From a bacterium (GTDB taxonomy: Bacteria > Hinthialibacterota > Hinthialibacteria > Hinthialibacterales > Hinthialibacteraceae), in the NCBI GenBank assembly GCA_963663405.2, contig CAXXSM010000125.1:1-51373 (forward strand): a stretch of 51,373 bases of DNA, read 5' to 3'. The position numbers were made by a program, and so were the translations under genes. Positions 49,004 to 51,373 of this stretch are shown piece after piece (position 1 is the stretch's first letter; each line of letters opens with the position of its first letter). The notes under the pieces are model-generated. The model was given only the letters and a program-made list of their open reading frames with translations. It was not told the origin of the DNA and did not search any database.

Positions 49004-50494
49004 ATGTTACCCGCGATTACATTGCGCAATCTACCCCCCCGTGTCAATCTATATCTTCTGCAGGAAATCCTTTCCGCGAATCATGTGCCATGGAAACAAG
49101 TGGCGTTACACGCGGAGCCTAATGATTCTGAATCCACGCTAGAAGCCCATGTTCTCTTAAAAGGACGTGACTCGCTACAATCCGCTCTGCGTACAATGAA
49201 TGGATGTGAAATCGCCGATTGCATTGTAGAAGCGAATGAAGCGGATGAAACAGCTATCACACAGTTCAAAGAAGAGGCAAAAAAACAATTGAGAGAAAAA
49301 GAAACGTGGCCGGATACTTCCTCAGATATAAAGAATTCATCCCGGCTACCGAAAGATAAGACCTCTTCCACTTTACGAATGGAGAATCAAGTGGAACATT
49401 GCGCTCCATTTGATTCGCTGGGGCTCTCACCACCTGTGATGGAAAACTTGAAGCAAATGGGATTCGAAATCACGACCCCGATTCAATCATTGGCGATCCC
49501 TCCGGCGATGGAAGGCTGCGATCTAATCGGCCGGGCGCAGACCGGCACGGGGAAAACCCTCGCTTTCTCAATCCCGATAGTGGAGCGATTACTGCCCAAT
49601 CCGAGCCGCTGTGTCCGCGCGCTGGTTCTGGCGCCCACTCGTGAACTGGCGGTTCAGATTAAAATTGTTGTCGAGGAACTGATCCTCAACACAGGCTTAA
49701 AAACCGTCGTAGTCTATGGAGGAGACAGCATCACCGATCAGATGATGGAACTGCGTGGAGGAGTGGATATACTCATCGCGACACCAGGGCGGCTTCTCGA
49801 TCTGCGGGAGCGAGGGCGGCTGCGATTTGACGCGGCGGAGATAATCGTGCTGGATGAAGCGGACCGGATGATGGACATGGGATTTTTACCGCAAATCAAG
49901 GCCGTCTTTCAATGTTTTCACGCGCATCCGCAAACCATGTTATTCTCCGCTACAATCCCCACCGAATTACGGAGTCTCACAGGAGTCAATCTCAAAAATC
50001 CTGTGTTCGTTGACGTGGGTGATCCGGATCTCTCTCCATTGGACGCTGTAACACAGAAGGTTTACTATGTTTCTCCAGAGGAGAAAGAGAAGCGTCTGCT
50101 CGATCTGCTGGATCACGAGGATGGTCCCATTCTCGTTTTTTTGAAAACGAAACGCGACACGGAGAAACTGGCGTTACGATTGAAGAAACTCGGTTACCAT
50201 GCGACTCGAATTCACGGTGACATTGAACAACGGGATCGGATGAAAGCAGTGGAAGCGTTTCGTACGGGACGATATGATATTCTCGTGGCGACGGATGTCG
50301 CATCGCGCGGATTGCATATCGAGGGTATCGCGCACGTCGTGAATTACGATCTTCCCATGGCTCCTGAAGATCATTTACACCGCATCGGCCGAACCGCTCG
50401 CGCTGGCGCCGCTGGGAAAGCCACGACATTCATCACACACCACGAACGCCGCTCAATCAAACCATTCAAAACAGTGCTGGGACTGGCGCCGTAA
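49004..50494 (+). CDS. DEAD-box RNA helicase with an N-terminal extension
   Basis: Q motif TPIQ, AQTGTGKT, PTRELA, TPGR, DEAD, SAT and HRIGRTAR. Confidence 0.95.
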   Translation: MLPAITLRNLPPRVNLYLLQEILSANHVPWKQVALHAEPNDSESTLEAHVLLKGRDSLQSALRTMNGCEIADCIVEANEADETAITQFKEEAKKQLREKETWPDTSSDIKNSSRLPKDKTSSTLRMENQVEHCAPFDSLGLSPPVMENLKQMGFEITTPIQSLAIPPAMEGCDLIGRAQTGTGKTLAFSIPIVERLLPNPSRCVRALVLAPTRELAVQIKIVVEELILNTGLKTVVVYGGDSITDQMMELRGGVDILIATPGRLLDLRERGRLRFDAAEIIVLDEADRMMDMGFLPQIKAVFQCFHAHPQTMLFSATIPTELRSLTGVNLKNPVFVDVGDPDLSPLDAVTQKVYYVSPEEKEKRLLDLLDHEDGPILVFLKTKRDTEKLALRLKKLGYHATRIHGDIEQRDRMKAVEAFRTGRYDILVATDVASRGLHIEGIAHVVNYDLPMAPEDHLHRIGRTARAGAAGKATTFITHHERRSIKPFKTVLGLAP

Positions 50495-50528
50495 ACCTTC
50501 GATCTCCCTATTCGATGATTCTATCGTT

Positions 50529-51332
50529 CTATCTCCAAGATTGTTTTTGCTTCTGGTTTTTCTTTTTGATGCTGTAAAAACCAGTCGAAGAGAGCCGGAT
50601 CACTATAGGCGCGTTTCCAGGAATTGTGGTGGACGCCGGGATAAATAGTGAACGTTATATCCCCTCCCCATTCTTTGATCGCGTTCACAATCTCGATATC
50701 GCTTTCGATATCAACGGATTCATCTTCATCCCGTGAAACGCCCAGATGGGAATCCCAGCCAGGACTTCTGGATCGGCGGGCACAGTATCTTCCGTGATTC
50801 CTAAAACTTCCCCATACAATCCATACGCGTCTCCTGCTCCCGCAACAGGCGCTATTGCGGTAAAGAGTTCTGGATATTCGGTAGCAAACGAATAGACGCC
50901 GAATCCTCCCATGCTAAATCCCGTTAAATAAATACGCGAATCATCAACCAACAGATAGGAAGACATCACCTCATCGTAAACGTCTTTTAGGAATTGATTA
51001 ATATACCATTCATCTATCGGCACTTGAGGTGAAATAAGAATAAAATTAAATTCCCCCAATAGATGCTCTATTAAAAAAGGATTCGAAATGTACATCGGCA
51101 GTCCATCGGATATCACTTCGTAAGGATCGGTTCCACGGCTTCCTTTGCCATGCAAATACATAAGCAGTGGCCATTTACGGTCGTCTTTACCATATTCATC
51201 TGGTAAATACACCCAATAGTTATAGTGAAGTTCAGTCTCAACATAAGTAAATGTTCCAAATTTATGCGCAGAAACAGGGAGGGAGGAACATACAAATACT
51301 GCGCAAACAGCCATCTTGATGAATCGTTTCAT
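50529..51332 (-). CDS. Secreted alpha/beta hydrolase (esterase/'predicted peptidase'), frameshifted near 50728
   Basis: LHG, GFSMGG and PIWAFHG; continuation DESV...TIYPGVHHNSW...YSDPALFDWFL in another frame to TAG 50529. Confidence 0.82.
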
Positions 51333-51373
51333 GAAAGCCTTTTCTCCAGATGTAGAATAGTTTCGTTCTTAAC

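Overview
Gene-dense bacterial chromosome segment with no rRNA, tRNA, CRISPR array, integrase or transposase that I could find. The dispersed 'FTLIELLIVVAIIGILAAIAVPNFLNAQ' prepilin-like genes, Tat-exported Gfo/Idh/MocA enzymes and Pro/Thr-rich secreted proteins suggest a Hinthialibacterota/OLB16/Sumerlaeota-like candidate lineage (inference). Content is mainly carbohydrate and envelope functions plus a cytochrome c peroxidase locus, an alternative sigma-70 factor, CspA and a DEAD-box helicase. At least seven genes carry small indels, which looks like uncorrected long-read error. The best candidate for an undescribed system is a five-gene operon at 38.9-45.0 kb: a sulfotransferase, two paralogous alkaline-phosphatase-superfamily enzymes predicted on opposite faces of the membrane, a tiny RHH-like protein carrying a 'RLxxLGY' tail, and a DUF106/EMC3/TMCO1 (Oxa1-superfamily)-like membrane protein. 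Also notable: a cohesin-dockerin-cohesin stalk protein beside a FadL/PorV-like barrel, an MFS transporter with a triple-repeat loop insertion, an N-terminal RRM-like domain on the helicase, a sigma-54 promoter in front of the sigma-70 gene, and several families of small palindromic elements. All family calls are from motif recognition by eye; no database search was run.
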